A DNA stretch of 64,000 nucleotides from Candidatus Woesebacteria bacterium (GTDB lineage Bacteria > Patescibacteriota > Microgenomatia > UBA8517): positions 272,715 through 336,714 of the forward strand of contig CP055308.1 of the NCBI GenBank assembly GCA_013374855.1, in the 5' to 3' direction. This document shows positions 55,691-64,000 of this stretch, piece after piece (the stretch's first letter is position 1; each line of letters starts with the position of its first letter). A program made the position numbers and the translations under genes. Below the pieces are notes generated by a model, which was not told the origin of the DNA, did not search any database, and saw nothing but the letters and a program-made list of their open reading frames with translations.

Positions 55691-58612
55691 ATGACTTCTG
55701 AGAAAAAACTAAATGAAGAGCAACTGAAGGCAATCAAGCACAAAGATGGCCCGCTTTTGATAATTGCAGGAGCAGGTACAGGCAAAACAACAGTAATAAC
55801 AGAAAGAATTAAATATCTAATAAGCAAGGGTTTGGCAAAACCATCGGAAATTCTTGCTTTAACCTTTACAGAAAAGGCAGCTTCTGAGATGCAATCAAGG
55901 ATCGAAGAATCTCTTCCCTATGGTTATGTGCAGATGTGGGTTACTACGTTCCATTCTTTTGGGGATAGAATTTTAAAACAAGAGGCTGTTAATGTTGGTT
56001 TGAGCAACGATTATCATCTTTTAACAGAAGCAGAATCTGTTCAACTTGTTAGGGACAATCTTTTTAGATTTGATCTTGATTATTACAGGCCGCTTGGGAA
56101 CCCAACTAAGTTTATAAGAGAGATGGTCCGTCATTTTTCAAGGCTTAAAGATGAGGATGTTTCGGTAGCTGATTACATTACCTGGGTTGACCGAAAGGAA
56201 AAGGAATTTAGAGGAAAAAGTGAAGATGATCTGCTTGAGATTAAGAAATGGAAGGAGCTTGCTTTTGCCTTCGAGACTTATGAGGAAATTAAGAACCAGA
56301 AAGATTATGTTGATTTTGGTGATTTGATTGTTAAAACCCTTCTTCTTTTTAGAAAAAGACCGAACATCTTAAAAATTTACCAGAATCGATTTAAATACAT
56401 TTTGGTTGATGAATTTCAGGACACAAATTATGCTCAATATGAGTTAGTTAAGCTTTTGGCAGGGGAAAAGGGAAATCTTACTGTTGTTGGTGATGATGAT
56501 CAATCTATATATAGATTTCGGGGTGCAGCGGTAAGCAACATAATTCAGTTTAAGAAAGATTATCCTAGGGCTTTGGTTGTGGTTCTTACTAAAAATTACA
56601 GATCTTGCCAGGAAATTTTGGATAAGGCATATGGCCTTATCAAACACAACGACCCAGACAGACTGGAGGTTGTTGAGAAAATAAACAAAAAGCTTGTTTC
56701 TATGGTGGACACAAAAAAAGAAGATGGGGGTGTTTTTTTCTATAAGGCAAGAACCGGAGATGATGAGGCAGATTTGGTAGCTGATAAGATTATTAACTTA
56801 GTCGACAAAGAAAGTTTCCATTATAAAGATATTGCAGTTTTGGTAAGAGCGAACAACCATGCTGATCCTTTTATTAGGTCATTTTTGAGGAAAGGCATTC
56901 CGTATCAATTTTTAGGTCCGTCTAAGCTTTTCAAAAAAACTGAAGTTTTGAATCTTATTGCTTATCTTAAGATTTTGGAAAATGTTTACGATTCTTCTTC
57001 TTTTTATCGGCTCTTGTCTTCTGAATATGTTGATGTTCCACCGCGTGATATTGCCTTTATCAACTCTCTTGCCAGAAGAAAAAACCTTTCTCTTTTTGAA
57101 GTTTGCGAAAGATTGGATGAGGTAAATATTAGTAATGAAGCTAAGGTTAGAATTGAAAATTTTTTGAAGATTGTCAAAAAACATCTTGCTCTTCTAACGA
57201 AAGAGACAGCAGGCCAGATTCTTTTTAGTTTTCTTGAAGAAAGTGGCTTTTTAAAGAAGCTGGTTTCACCTGATAATCCTTATGCACAAAATATAGCCGG
57301 CAATATTTCTAAATTTTTTGAAAAAATTAAAAACTATGAATCAAGTTATGAAGATGCTAGTGTCACATCGGTTGTTAACTGGATAGATTTGTCTGCCGAG
57401 ATTGGTGAGTCACCTATTGCTACAGAGATTGATTGGGAGGATTCAGATTCTGTAAATATCATTACTGTTCATTCTGCCAAAGGTCTTGAGTTCCCGGTTG
57501 TTTTTCTTGTTAATTTAGTAGAAGAGAGATTTCCTTCACGAGACAGAAGAGAGGTAATTCCCATTCCTGATGAGCTAATTAAAGAGATTTTGCCAGTGGG
57601 GGATTATCATCTTGAGGAAGAAAGAAGGCTTTTTTATGTTGGGATGACTCGTGCAAAACTTAAACTATTTTTAACGGCTTCTGATTTTTATTCTCAAGGG
57701 AAAAGGAAAAAACAAATCTCACCCTTTGTTATAGAAGCTTTGGGGGAAGATTCTTTAAAGACAAAAACTATTTCAAAAGTAAACCAACTTGCTCTTCTTG
57801 ATTATCAACCCTTGATAAAGGAAAAGGATATGCTAAATACTCCTCTTTATATAACATCTCTTTCTTATACTCAGATTGAGACATTTAGAACTTGCCCTCT
57901 TCATTATAAGTTAAGGTATATTCTTAATATTCCTTCTTTACCATCAGCATCGCAAAGTTTTGGAACATCAATTCATCTTGCGCTGCGTGATTTTTACAGA
58001 TTTTTTGGGAAAGGGGAATTTAGAAGATTTTCTCAAGAGAGACTTGTTAAGGAATTGATTTCTCTACTGAAGAAAAACTGGATATCTGATGGTTTTTTAT
58101 CCAAAGATCATGAAAGGCAATTTTTTGATAGGGGTGAAAGGTACTTGGAAGATTATATTAAAACTGAATTTAATCCTGATATAAAAACGGCATTAACGGA
58201 GGAAAATTTTTCTGTTTTTCTACCTCTTGAGAGACCGCTTAAGCTTATAGGCAGGATGGATAGAGTGGATATTTTACCTGATGGGGGGATTGAGATAGTT
58301 GATTATAAAAGTGGCACGAAAGTACCAACCCAGAAAGAAGTTGATAAAGATTTGCAGATGTCCTTCTATGCGATAGCGGCAGACAAAATAAAGGAATCGC
58401 CTTTTGAAGTTGATCTAAAGAAGATTAAGTTTACTCTTTATTATTTTGAGACAAAGACTAAACTAACTACCCAAAGAACAGAAGAACAGATAAGGTTAGC
58501 AATTGAAGAAATTGCAAAAATAAGAGAAGAGATGGAAAACTCTGATTTTTCCTGCTCTGGTTCATATTTGTGCCAGAATTGTGAATTTCGTGATTTTTGC
58601 AATGTTGGCTAA
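55691..58612 (+). CDS. UvrD/PcrA-family helicase fused to a C-terminal RecB-family (Cas4/AddB-like, Cys-cluster) nuclease domain
   Basis: Helicase Walker A AGAGTGKTTVI, motif II VDEFQDTN, and HSAKGLEFPVVFL. C-terminal nuclease motifs are GRMDRVD, EIVDYKSG and a terminal Cys cluster CSGSYLCQNCEFRDFC. The ATG at 55691 lies directly after the rmuC stop. Confidence 0.8.
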   Translation: MTSEKKLNEEQLKAIKHKDGPLLIIAGAGTGKTTVITERIKYLISKGLAKPSEILALTFTEKAASEMQSRIEESLPYGYVQMWVTTFHSFGDRILKQEAVNVGLSNDYHLLTEAESVQLVRDNLFRFDLDYYRPLGNPTKFIREMVRHFSRLKDEDVSVADYITWVDRKEKEFRGKSEDDLLEIKKWKELAFAFETYEEIKNQKDYVDFGDLIVKTLLLFRKRPNILKIYQNRFKYILVDEFQDTNYAQYELVKLLAGEKGNLTVVGDDDQSIYRFRGAAVSNIIQFKKDYPRALVVVLTKNYRSCQEILDKAYGLIKHNDPDRLEVVEKINKKLVSMVDTKKEDGGVFFYKARTGDDEADLVADKIINLVDKESFHYKDIAVLVRANNHADPFIRSFLRKGIPYQFLGPSKLFKKTEVLNLIAYLKILENVYDSSSFYRLLSSEYVDVPPRDIAFINSLARRKNLSLFEVCERLDEVNISNEAKVRIENFLKIVKKHLALLTKETAGQILFSFLEESGFLKKLVSPDNPYAQNIAGNISKFFEKIKNYESSYEDASVTSVVNWIDLSAEIGESPIATEIDWEDSDSVNIITVHSAKGLEFPVVFLVNLVEERFPSRDRREVIPIPDELIKEILPVGDYHLEEERRLFYVGMTRAKLKLFLTASDFYSQGKRKKQISPFVIEALGEDSLKTKTISKVNQLALLDYQPLIKEKDMLNTPLYITSLSYTQIETFRTCPLHYKLRYILNIPSLPSASQSFGTSIHLALRDFYRFFGKGEFRRFSQERLVKELISLLKKNWISDGFLSKDHERQFFDRGERYLEDYIKTEFNPDIKTALTEENFSVFLPLERPLKLIGRMDRVDILPDGGIEIVDYKSGTKVPTQKEVDKDLQMSFYAIAADKIKESPFEVDLKKIKFTLYYFETKTKLTTQRTEEQIRLAIEEIAKIREEMENSDFSCSGSYLCQNCEFRDFCNVG

Positions 58613-59449
58613 AAGGTTTATGCTCCAGAAAGAAAATGCACCGGGGTAGTGTTTTTCTTTTCCTCCAAAGGATTTTTTAAAATGGGTAAATCCAAGCCAG
58701 CTGTGGTTTGGAAAACGGGAGTCATAAATTCCTTCAAAGTCAAAATATTTACATCCTTCTTTTTTTGCCCACTCTATACCTTGCCAGACTATTTGGTATT
58801 GGACTAGTTTTTTTCTTGCTTTTTGATTTGTAAATGCTTGCCAGTAATACCCTGTTGTTTTGGTGCGTAAAAAGATAGCTCCTGAATATGCTCGGCCTTC
58901 TTTGTACAGAAGGAAAAGCGATTTTTCCCCAAAGCTTTGGTGAATTGCCTCTAAATTTGTGATAGATGGAATATATCTTTTGAAATTTACTGATTTTTTC
59001 CAAAGTTTCCTGAATAGTTTAATGTCTTTGGACTTTTCTATTACAAGATCTTTAGTTTTTTTAATTGCGTATTTACAATCTTTTTCAAGATTAGAATACA
59101 GGTCTTTGCCTTTAAGATTAAGAACCAGAGTTTTTGAGGGGAGATACGGATTTGTTTTTTTGAAGCCAAGACTGATTATTTTTTTTGCTTGCGAGCTGTT
59201 TTTTGGCTCAAAAATTATGTTTATTATCCCTTTTGTTTTTTTAAGTCTTCTGATATAGGCAATGTTTATTTTTTCTGGTCTTTGGATCTTGATTATTTTT
59301 AAAAATGGAAAAATCTTTTTCTGAAAATAATAAACTTCTTTTATCTTTTTTATTCGCCAGCCTGTTTTTTGAAGGAGTATTGCATATTCTTTGGTTTGTC
59401 TTATATCTTTCATCTGATAAGGGGAAATATTTTTTTTAAGAAGAACCAT
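58562..59449 (-). CDS. FemAB-family aminoacyltransferase (peptidoglycan interpeptide bridge formation)
   Basis: C-terminal GNAT-like FemAB core (WQGIEWAKKEGCKYFDFEGI...). It is a paralog of the adjacent gene. Confidence 0.6.
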   Translation of the reverse strand: MVLLKKNISPYQMKDIRQTKEYAILLQKTGWRIKKIKEVYYFQKKIFPFLKIIKIQRPEKINIAYIRRLKKTKGIINIIFEPKNSSQAKKIISLGFKKTNPYLPSKTLVLNLKGKDLYSNLEKDCKYAIKKTKDLVIEKSKDIKLFRKLWKKSVNFKRYIPSITNLEAIHQSFGEKSLFLLYKEGRAYSGAIFLRTKTTGYYWQAFTNQKARKKLVQYQIVWQGIEWAKKEGCKYFDFEGIYDSRFPNHSWLGFTHFKKSFGGKEKHYPGAFSFWSINLLANIAKITKFTILAQI

Positions 59450-60411
59450 CTTATTTTATCGACTATTTTGTAGAGGTAGTACATTTTTTTGTTTATGATC
59501 AGATCCCAGCTTCCTATGAATTCTAATGTTTTTGGACTATATCCCTCTTTAAACTTTGTGAATCCTTTTCCTTCCTCTTTACCCCAAAGATCAAAGAAAG
59601 AAAGCTTTTTGTTTTTAGCAAATTTTATTGCCTCCCACATCATAAGGTTGCTCCCCATTAATTTGTGGTATTTATAATCTGAAGCACCGTATGGGTAATA
59701 TAAGAATTTTCCCAGTACAAAAACAATCCAGGTGACTATAATTTTGCCTTTATGTTTGGCTACGAGTAGATGAGCTATCGGTTCTCTTTTCTGTTTTATT
59801 AGGTTTGTGTGAAGGTGTTTCCACATAAGTCTGTGGTATTTTTCTGTGTGTGCGTAAAAGTTTTGTCTTTTGGCGGTTTCAAAGGTCAGTTTTAGGTATT
59901 TATTAAAAGCTTTCTTGGAGTTGTCTTCAACGATAACTACTCCCTTTTTTTGTGCATAGCGAATATTGTAGCGGGTTTTGGGGTGAAATGAAGCCAAAAG
60001 CTCTTCTTCGGTTTTTCCAAGATCAATCCAGAATGTTTGTTGGGTAAAAAGAGGTTTCCCTTTAGCACAACCTTCCTCTTTTAGTATTTCTATTTGTTTT
60101 TGGGCTCTTTTTTCCTCTTTTCTTATATTTGGTTCTATTTTGACAAAAATAGCATTTTTACTCTTGGCTACCGCTTTTATTTTTTGGATAATTTCTTTTG
60201 TGAGGAAGTCACACTTTAAGGCGGTGCCTATGGTAAGTTTAGTGTAGGGAATACGGCTAAAAACTATTTGTAGCACCTTTTTCTTTTTGTTTTGTGTATA
60301 GATGAACCTTTCTACAATATTCCCCCATTCTTTTCTGAACTCTCCCCACTCCCAAGTTTGCAAGGGATGAGTTGCAATTCTATCGAATTCAGATGGACTT
60401 ATTTTATTCAT
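59410..60411 (-). CDS. FemAB-family aminoacyltransferase
   Basis: N-terminal PLQTWEWGEF (FemAB signature), and the C-terminal MWEAIKFAKNKKLSFFDLWG acyltransferase domain. Confidence 0.7.
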   Translation of the reverse strand: MNKISPSEFDRIATHPLQTWEWGEFRKEWGNIVERFIYTQNKKKKVLQIVFSRIPYTKLTIGTALKCDFLTKEIIQKIKAVAKSKNAIFVKIEPNIRKEEKRAQKQIEILKEEGCAKGKPLFTQQTFWIDLGKTEEELLASFHPKTRYNIRYAQKKGVVIVEDNSKKAFNKYLKLTFETAKRQNFYAHTEKYHRLMWKHLHTNLIKQKREPIAHLLVAKHKGKIIVTWIVFVLGKFLYYPYGASDYKYHKLMGSNLMMWEAIKFAKNKKLSFFDLWGKEEGKGFTKFKEGYSPKTLEFIGSWDLIINKKMYYLYKIVDKIRWFFLKKIFPLIR

Positions 60412-62291
60412 TTTTCTTTAAGATACTTTTCTATTATACCCTCGAAGGAGAAGAAATCCTCATAAGATGATTTTTGGGGTTTTTCTGGCTCGGTTTCTAT
60501 CTGGACAACCAAATCTTGAGGTATATCTTGCAAAAATCTTGACGGAGAATTTTCAACAAAATCTCCATAAAAAAGTCTTCGCTTAGAAAATGTTAGGAAC
60601 AGTCTTTCTTTTGCTCGGGTTATTCCTACATAAGCCAGTCTTCTTTCTTCCTCAAGTTGGTTTATATCATCCAAACTTCTTGAGTGGGGGAAAATGCCCT
60701 CTTCAAGTCCTACTATAAAAACATGTTTAAACTCCAAACCTTTTGCGGCATGAAGAGTCATTAGGTATACTGCGTCTTCCTTATTTTCTTTTTTTATTTT
60801 TCCCCCTTTTTCTTGTTCTGCTTCAATTAGGGCAATATTTTCTAAAAATTCGTTTAGGTCTTCAAATTCACGAGCAACTGATCTTAGTTCTTTTATGTTT
60901 TCAAGACGAGACAAATTTTCTTCTGTTTCTCTTTTGAACCTATCGAGATATTTGGTTTTATCTAGGATAGTATCCATTATCTCAAGCGTGGTGAGGTCTT
61001 GGGTTTTGTCTTTAAGTTCCTCTTGTAACTTTTGAAATAAATTTACTCTTTTTTTACCAAGTTTTTTTATCCTGTTTCTAGAAACAGAATCTTTTGGTTT
61101 TACGATTAACCTTAAGAAAGAAATGATATCCTTAATTTCTGCTCGATTGTAGAAACGAACTCCGCCAAATAGTTTGTATCTTATTCCGTAACTTAGGAAG
61201 GCCTCTTCGATGGTTCTTGATTGCGCATTTGTTCGATAAAGTACCGCAATATCCTGATTTTTATCAGTTTGAGAAAGTTCCTTTATCTTTTCTGCAACAA
61301 AAATTGCTTCATCTGTTTGGTTTTTTGCTTTATAGATTAATATTTTTTCTCCTTCCTTGTTCTGAGTCCACAATGAAAGGACTGGATGTGTTTTGTTTTT
61401 TTGTATGACGGAGTTTGCGGCCTTGAGAATTATTTTTGTTGAACGATAATTTTGTTCAAGGTTGATAATTTTGATATCTGGAAAATCTTTGATGAGGTTA
61501 TTTATGTTTCTAAAATCTGCTCCTCTCCAAGAATAGATTGATTGACTTGCATCGCCAACACAAGTTAGATTTTGGTGTTTTTCTACAAGGCTTTTGGTGA
61601 GCAAATATTGAATTTTATTTGTATCTTGCCATTCATCAACAAGTACCATTTTGATTTTTTCTTGCCATTTTCTTTTAGCAAGATTTGATTCCTGCAAAAG
61701 TTCAAAACCCTTGAGCAAAAGATCGTCAAAATCTAAAGCTCCATTTTTTTTCAGACTTTTTTGATAGAGAGAATATATTTTGGCAACATTTTCTTGCCAC
61801 TCGCTTTTTATGAAGTCTTTATATTCATTTTCGTTTAAAAGGCTTGTTTTAATATCAGAAATAGCACTGAGGATTGTCTTTGGTTTATATAAATCAGATG
61901 ATAGCTCTAGTGTCTCTACAATTTCTTTGATCAAACTGGTGCTATCGTCTTCATCATAGATTATAAAATCTTTTGGTATATTTATTTCTTTTCCATCTAT
62001 CCTTAATAGTCTTGCGCAAAATGAATGAAAGGTGCCGGTAAAAAATGGCTGTTTTTGAGAAAGCTTAATTATTCTATTTTTCATTTCATCAGCTGCTTTA
62101 TTGGTAAATGTTAGAAGAACAATGTTTTCTGGTTTTTTTCTATTTGTTTGAATAAACCAAGCGGCTCTATGAGTTAAGACTTTTGTTTTTCCACTTCCAG
62201 CACCAGCAAGAACAAGTAGTGGCCCGCTTTCAAATAAGACTGATTCTTTTTGTTTGTCGTTAAGATCGTTCAGTATATTGTCTTGGTCCAT
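60408..62291 (-). CDS. uvrD: ATP-dependent DNA helicase UvrD/PcrA
   Basis: LNDKQKESVLFESGPLLVLAGAGSGKTKVLTHR, motif II LVDEWQDTN, and HAAKGLEFKHVFIV ... RRLAYVGITRAKERLFLT. Confidence 0.85.
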   Translation of the reverse strand: MDQDNILNDLNDKQKESVLFESGPLLVLAGAGSGKTKVLTHRAAWFIQTNRKKPENIVLLTFTNKAADEMKNRIIKLSQKQPFFTGTFHSFCARLLRIDGKEINIPKDFIIYDEDDSTSLIKEIVETLELSSDLYKPKTILSAISDIKTSLLNENEYKDFIKSEWQENVAKIYSLYQKSLKKNGALDFDDLLLKGFELLQESNLAKRKWQEKIKMVLVDEWQDTNKIQYLLTKSLVEKHQNLTCVGDASQSIYSWRGADFRNINNLIKDFPDIKIINLEQNYRSTKIILKAANSVIQKNKTHPVLSLWTQNKEGEKILIYKAKNQTDEAIFVAEKIKELSQTDKNQDIAVLYRTNAQSRTIEEAFLSYGIRYKLFGGVRFYNRAEIKDIISFLRLIVKPKDSVSRNRIKKLGKKRVNLFQKLQEELKDKTQDLTTLEIMDTILDKTKYLDRFKRETEENLSRLENIKELRSVAREFEDLNEFLENIALIEAEQEKGGKIKKENKEDAVYLMTLHAAKGLEFKHVFIVGLEEGIFPHSRSLDDINQLEEERRLAYVGITRAKERLFLTFSKRRLFYGDFVENSPSRFLQDIPQDLVVQIETEPEKPQKSSYEDFFSFEGIIEKYLKEK

Positions 62292-63401
62292 TTTATGGTT
62301 TACACTACATTAGTTAGTATGACAAGGAAGAATAAATTATCAAGAAGTCTTTTGAGGATAAAAAAGTTTTTTCTCAAGAATATTGTTTTAACTAGATTTA
62401 TAATCTTTTCTTTTGTTTTATTTATTATATTTTTCTTTTCTATTTTTGTTTTTAATTACCTTAGAAATAGTGGGGTCTTTTATTATTTTGATTTAGTTCG
62501 TGCTTTTGTTTTTCCTAGCTTTTCTGACTTTAAATCATCGGGCAGAAGGGTGAACTTTTTGATATTGGGTAAGGGCGGAGCAGGTCATGAGGCACCTGAT
62601 CTAACAGATACAATGATCTTTGCTTCACTTTTTTTGGGAGAGGGCAGTAGAAAACCAAATATTACTCTTATTTCTTTACCGCGTGATATTTGGATATCTG
62701 ATCTGAGAACAAAATTAAATAGCCTTTATTATTGGGGTAATAAAAAGCAAGAAAATGGGGGAATTTCTTTGGCAAGGGTAAAAACAGAAGAGATGTTGGG
62801 AGTTCCAATCCACTATGTAATCGTTGTTGATTTTGGGGTTTTTAGAGAGGTTATTGATCTTTTAGGTGGGGTGAACGTTTATGTTGAAAATTCTTTTGAG
62901 GACAAGTGGTATCCTATAGAAGGCAAGGAAAATGATGATTGTGGTGGCGACCCTCTCTTTCGTTGCAGATACAAAACTGTTGCTTTTGAAAAAGGTTGGC
63001 ATAATATGGACGGGGAAACTGCTTTGGAATTTGTTCGCTCAAGAAAAGCAGAAGGTGACGAAGGAACTGATATTGCTCGGCAGAGAAGGCAACATCAGGT
63101 GATTGAGGCTATAAAAAATGCCCTGCTTGACAAGAGTTTTTTTCTTTCTCCGGTTAAAGTAAAATCATTTTTGAATTTGATTTTATTTAACACAGAAACT
63201 GATATTGATGCAAAAGCAGCCTTTGCTTTGGCAAGATATGCATTTTTAGCAAGAGGTAATATCAAAAAAGAAATTCTGAACGAGAGGTTTTTGGATAATC
63301 CTCCAATTTCTCCCAAATATGACAACCTCTATGTTTTTGTTCCCAAAGGAGGGGATTGGAAAAATGTTCAAGTGTGGGTTAAAGAGGTTCTTGAATACTA
63401 A
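62250..63401 (+). CDS. LytR-CpsA-Psr (LCP) family cell-envelope phosphotransferase
   Basis: N-terminal TM helix, and the LCP core NFLILGKGG...DLTDTMIFASL...ISLPRDIWI. Confidence 0.8.
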   Translation: MFVVKIVQYIVLVHFMVYTTLVSMTRKNKLSRSLLRIKKFFLKNIVLTRFIIFSFVLFIIFFFSIFVFNYLRNSGVFYYFDLVRAFVFPSFSDFKSSGRRVNFLILGKGGAGHEAPDLTDTMIFASLFLGEGSRKPNITLISLPRDIWISDLRTKLNSLYYWGNKKQENGGISLARVKTEEMLGVPIHYVIVVDFGVFREVIDLLGGVNVYVENSFEDKWYPIEGKENDDCGGDPLFRCRYKTVAFEKGWHNMDGETALEFVRSRKAEGDEGTDIARQRRQHQVIEAIKNALLDKSFFLSPVKVKSFLNLILFNTETDIDAKAAFALARYAFLARGNIKKEILNERFLDNPPISPKYDNLYVFVPKGGDWKNVQVWVKEVLEY

Positions 63402-63939
63402 CTTGCTTTTTGATTTTGTAGATTAGACCACTTTCTTCTAAGACAAGGTCTTTTTCTTTGAGATTTATTTTTTCTATGAAATAAACAGGTCTTTTATCAA
63501 TTAGGGTTTTGGCTTCTTCTTCCCAATTTTCTTGCCCTGTGTTTATTATGGTTATGTCTTTTCTTTTTTCTTCAACCTTTTGAAGGTACCACAATGGGGT
63601 AGAATAACTCCACCATGAGAATATTACCGCGTCTTTTTCTGAATTATTTAAAACCTCTTCTGCCCAAAGCCTTGCCTGAAAATTTTTGCTCTGATCAAGG
63701 ATTGGGAAATTCGTAACTATTGATTTGTTAATGAATACAGAAGTTGCAGTTACAAACACTAAAATTATTAAAAATTCTAATTTTTTGCCTTTTTCAATTA
63801 TTTTGCCTATAGAAATAGATGCAAATATTAAAATAATTGACAGAGCAGGAATATAATATCTTTCTATTACCGCATTTGGATAATTGGCAACAAAAATTAG
63901 GTTTGCAAGAAGGGGAATAAAAAGGGTTGTGGTTATCAT
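63379..63939 (-). CDS. Polytopic membrane protein, possibly the C-terminal part of a GT-C-like protein. It may continue beyond the listed start.
   Basis: Hydrophobic N-terminal segments, then a soluble domain (VIFSWWSYSTPLWYLQKVEE). The ORF as listed begins at an internal Met and nearby upstream sequence is also hydrophobic. Confidence 0.3.
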   Translation of the reverse strand: MITTTLFIPLLANLIFVANYPNAVIERYYIPALSIILIFASISIGKIIEKGKKLEFLIILVFVTATSVFINKSIVTNFPILDQSKNFQARLWAEEVLNNSEKDAVIFSWWSYSTPLWYLQKVEEKRKDITIINTGQENWEEEAKTLIDKRPVYFIEKINLKEKDLVLEESGLIYKIKKQVSIQEPL

Positions 63940-64000
63940 TCTTTCTTTTTTTGACGATATTCCTAAAATAATTCCAAAGAAAGAAAATAATAAATAAGGT

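Noticed and set aside
1-64000. Transposases, integrases, rRNA genes, prophage structural genes
   Set aside because: No DDE or serine/tyrosine recombinase signatures and no rRNA-like conserved stretches were seen. The only mobile-like signal is the 44-bp direct repeat pair around the RiPP-like cassette.

Overview
The window is AT-rich with dense, K-rich, small-genome-style coding. The gene content (minimal ValRS/MetRS, fused TsaC-TsaE, FemAB paralogs, DedA, DUF4012, VanW) suggests a Candidate Phyla Radiation / Patescibacteria-like bacterium; that lineage assignment is an inference. It contains the chromosomal replication origin neighbourhood. dnaA and dnaN lie on the minus strand with a DnaA-box cluster around the dnaA 3' end and the dnaA-dnaN intergenic region. 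They diverge from rpmH-rnpA-yidD-yidC-jag on the plus strand. Housekeeping genes follow: RNase H, rplY, valS, tsaD, a tsaC-tsaE fusion, groES-groEL behind a CIRCE-like operator, murC, tRNA-Cys, hsp20, metG, rmuC, two UvrD-family helicases, an LCP protein and two FemAB paralogs. A lipid-linked glycan cluster (45.7-52.5 kb) carries a UbiA/DPPR-synthase-like gene, GT4, two GT-C/ArnT-like genes and GT2. Two accessory regions stand out. (1) At 29.7-41.8 kb is a tightly coupled plus-strand operon: a PLD(HKD)-nuclease fused to an SNF2 helicase, a gamma-class Eco57I/PglX-like N6-adenine methyltransferase of about 1150 aa, and a 1208-aa all-alpha protein with no recognisable motifs. A membrane trypsin-like protease and a GxxExxY protein follow it. 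I read this as a DNA-modification-based defence candidate that resembles but does not match DISARM, BREX or Type IIG/ISP systems. (2) At 23.4-25.2 kb a cassette of about 1.7 kb is bounded by about 44-bp direct repeats. It holds an orphan SPASM-domain fragment with the radical SAM core missing, an acidic six-cysteine peptide that looks like a RiPP precursor, and an HExxH putative peptidase. A 650-bp repeat- and palindrome-rich non-coding region upstream of groES follows it. No CRISPR array, transposase or rRNA was seen.
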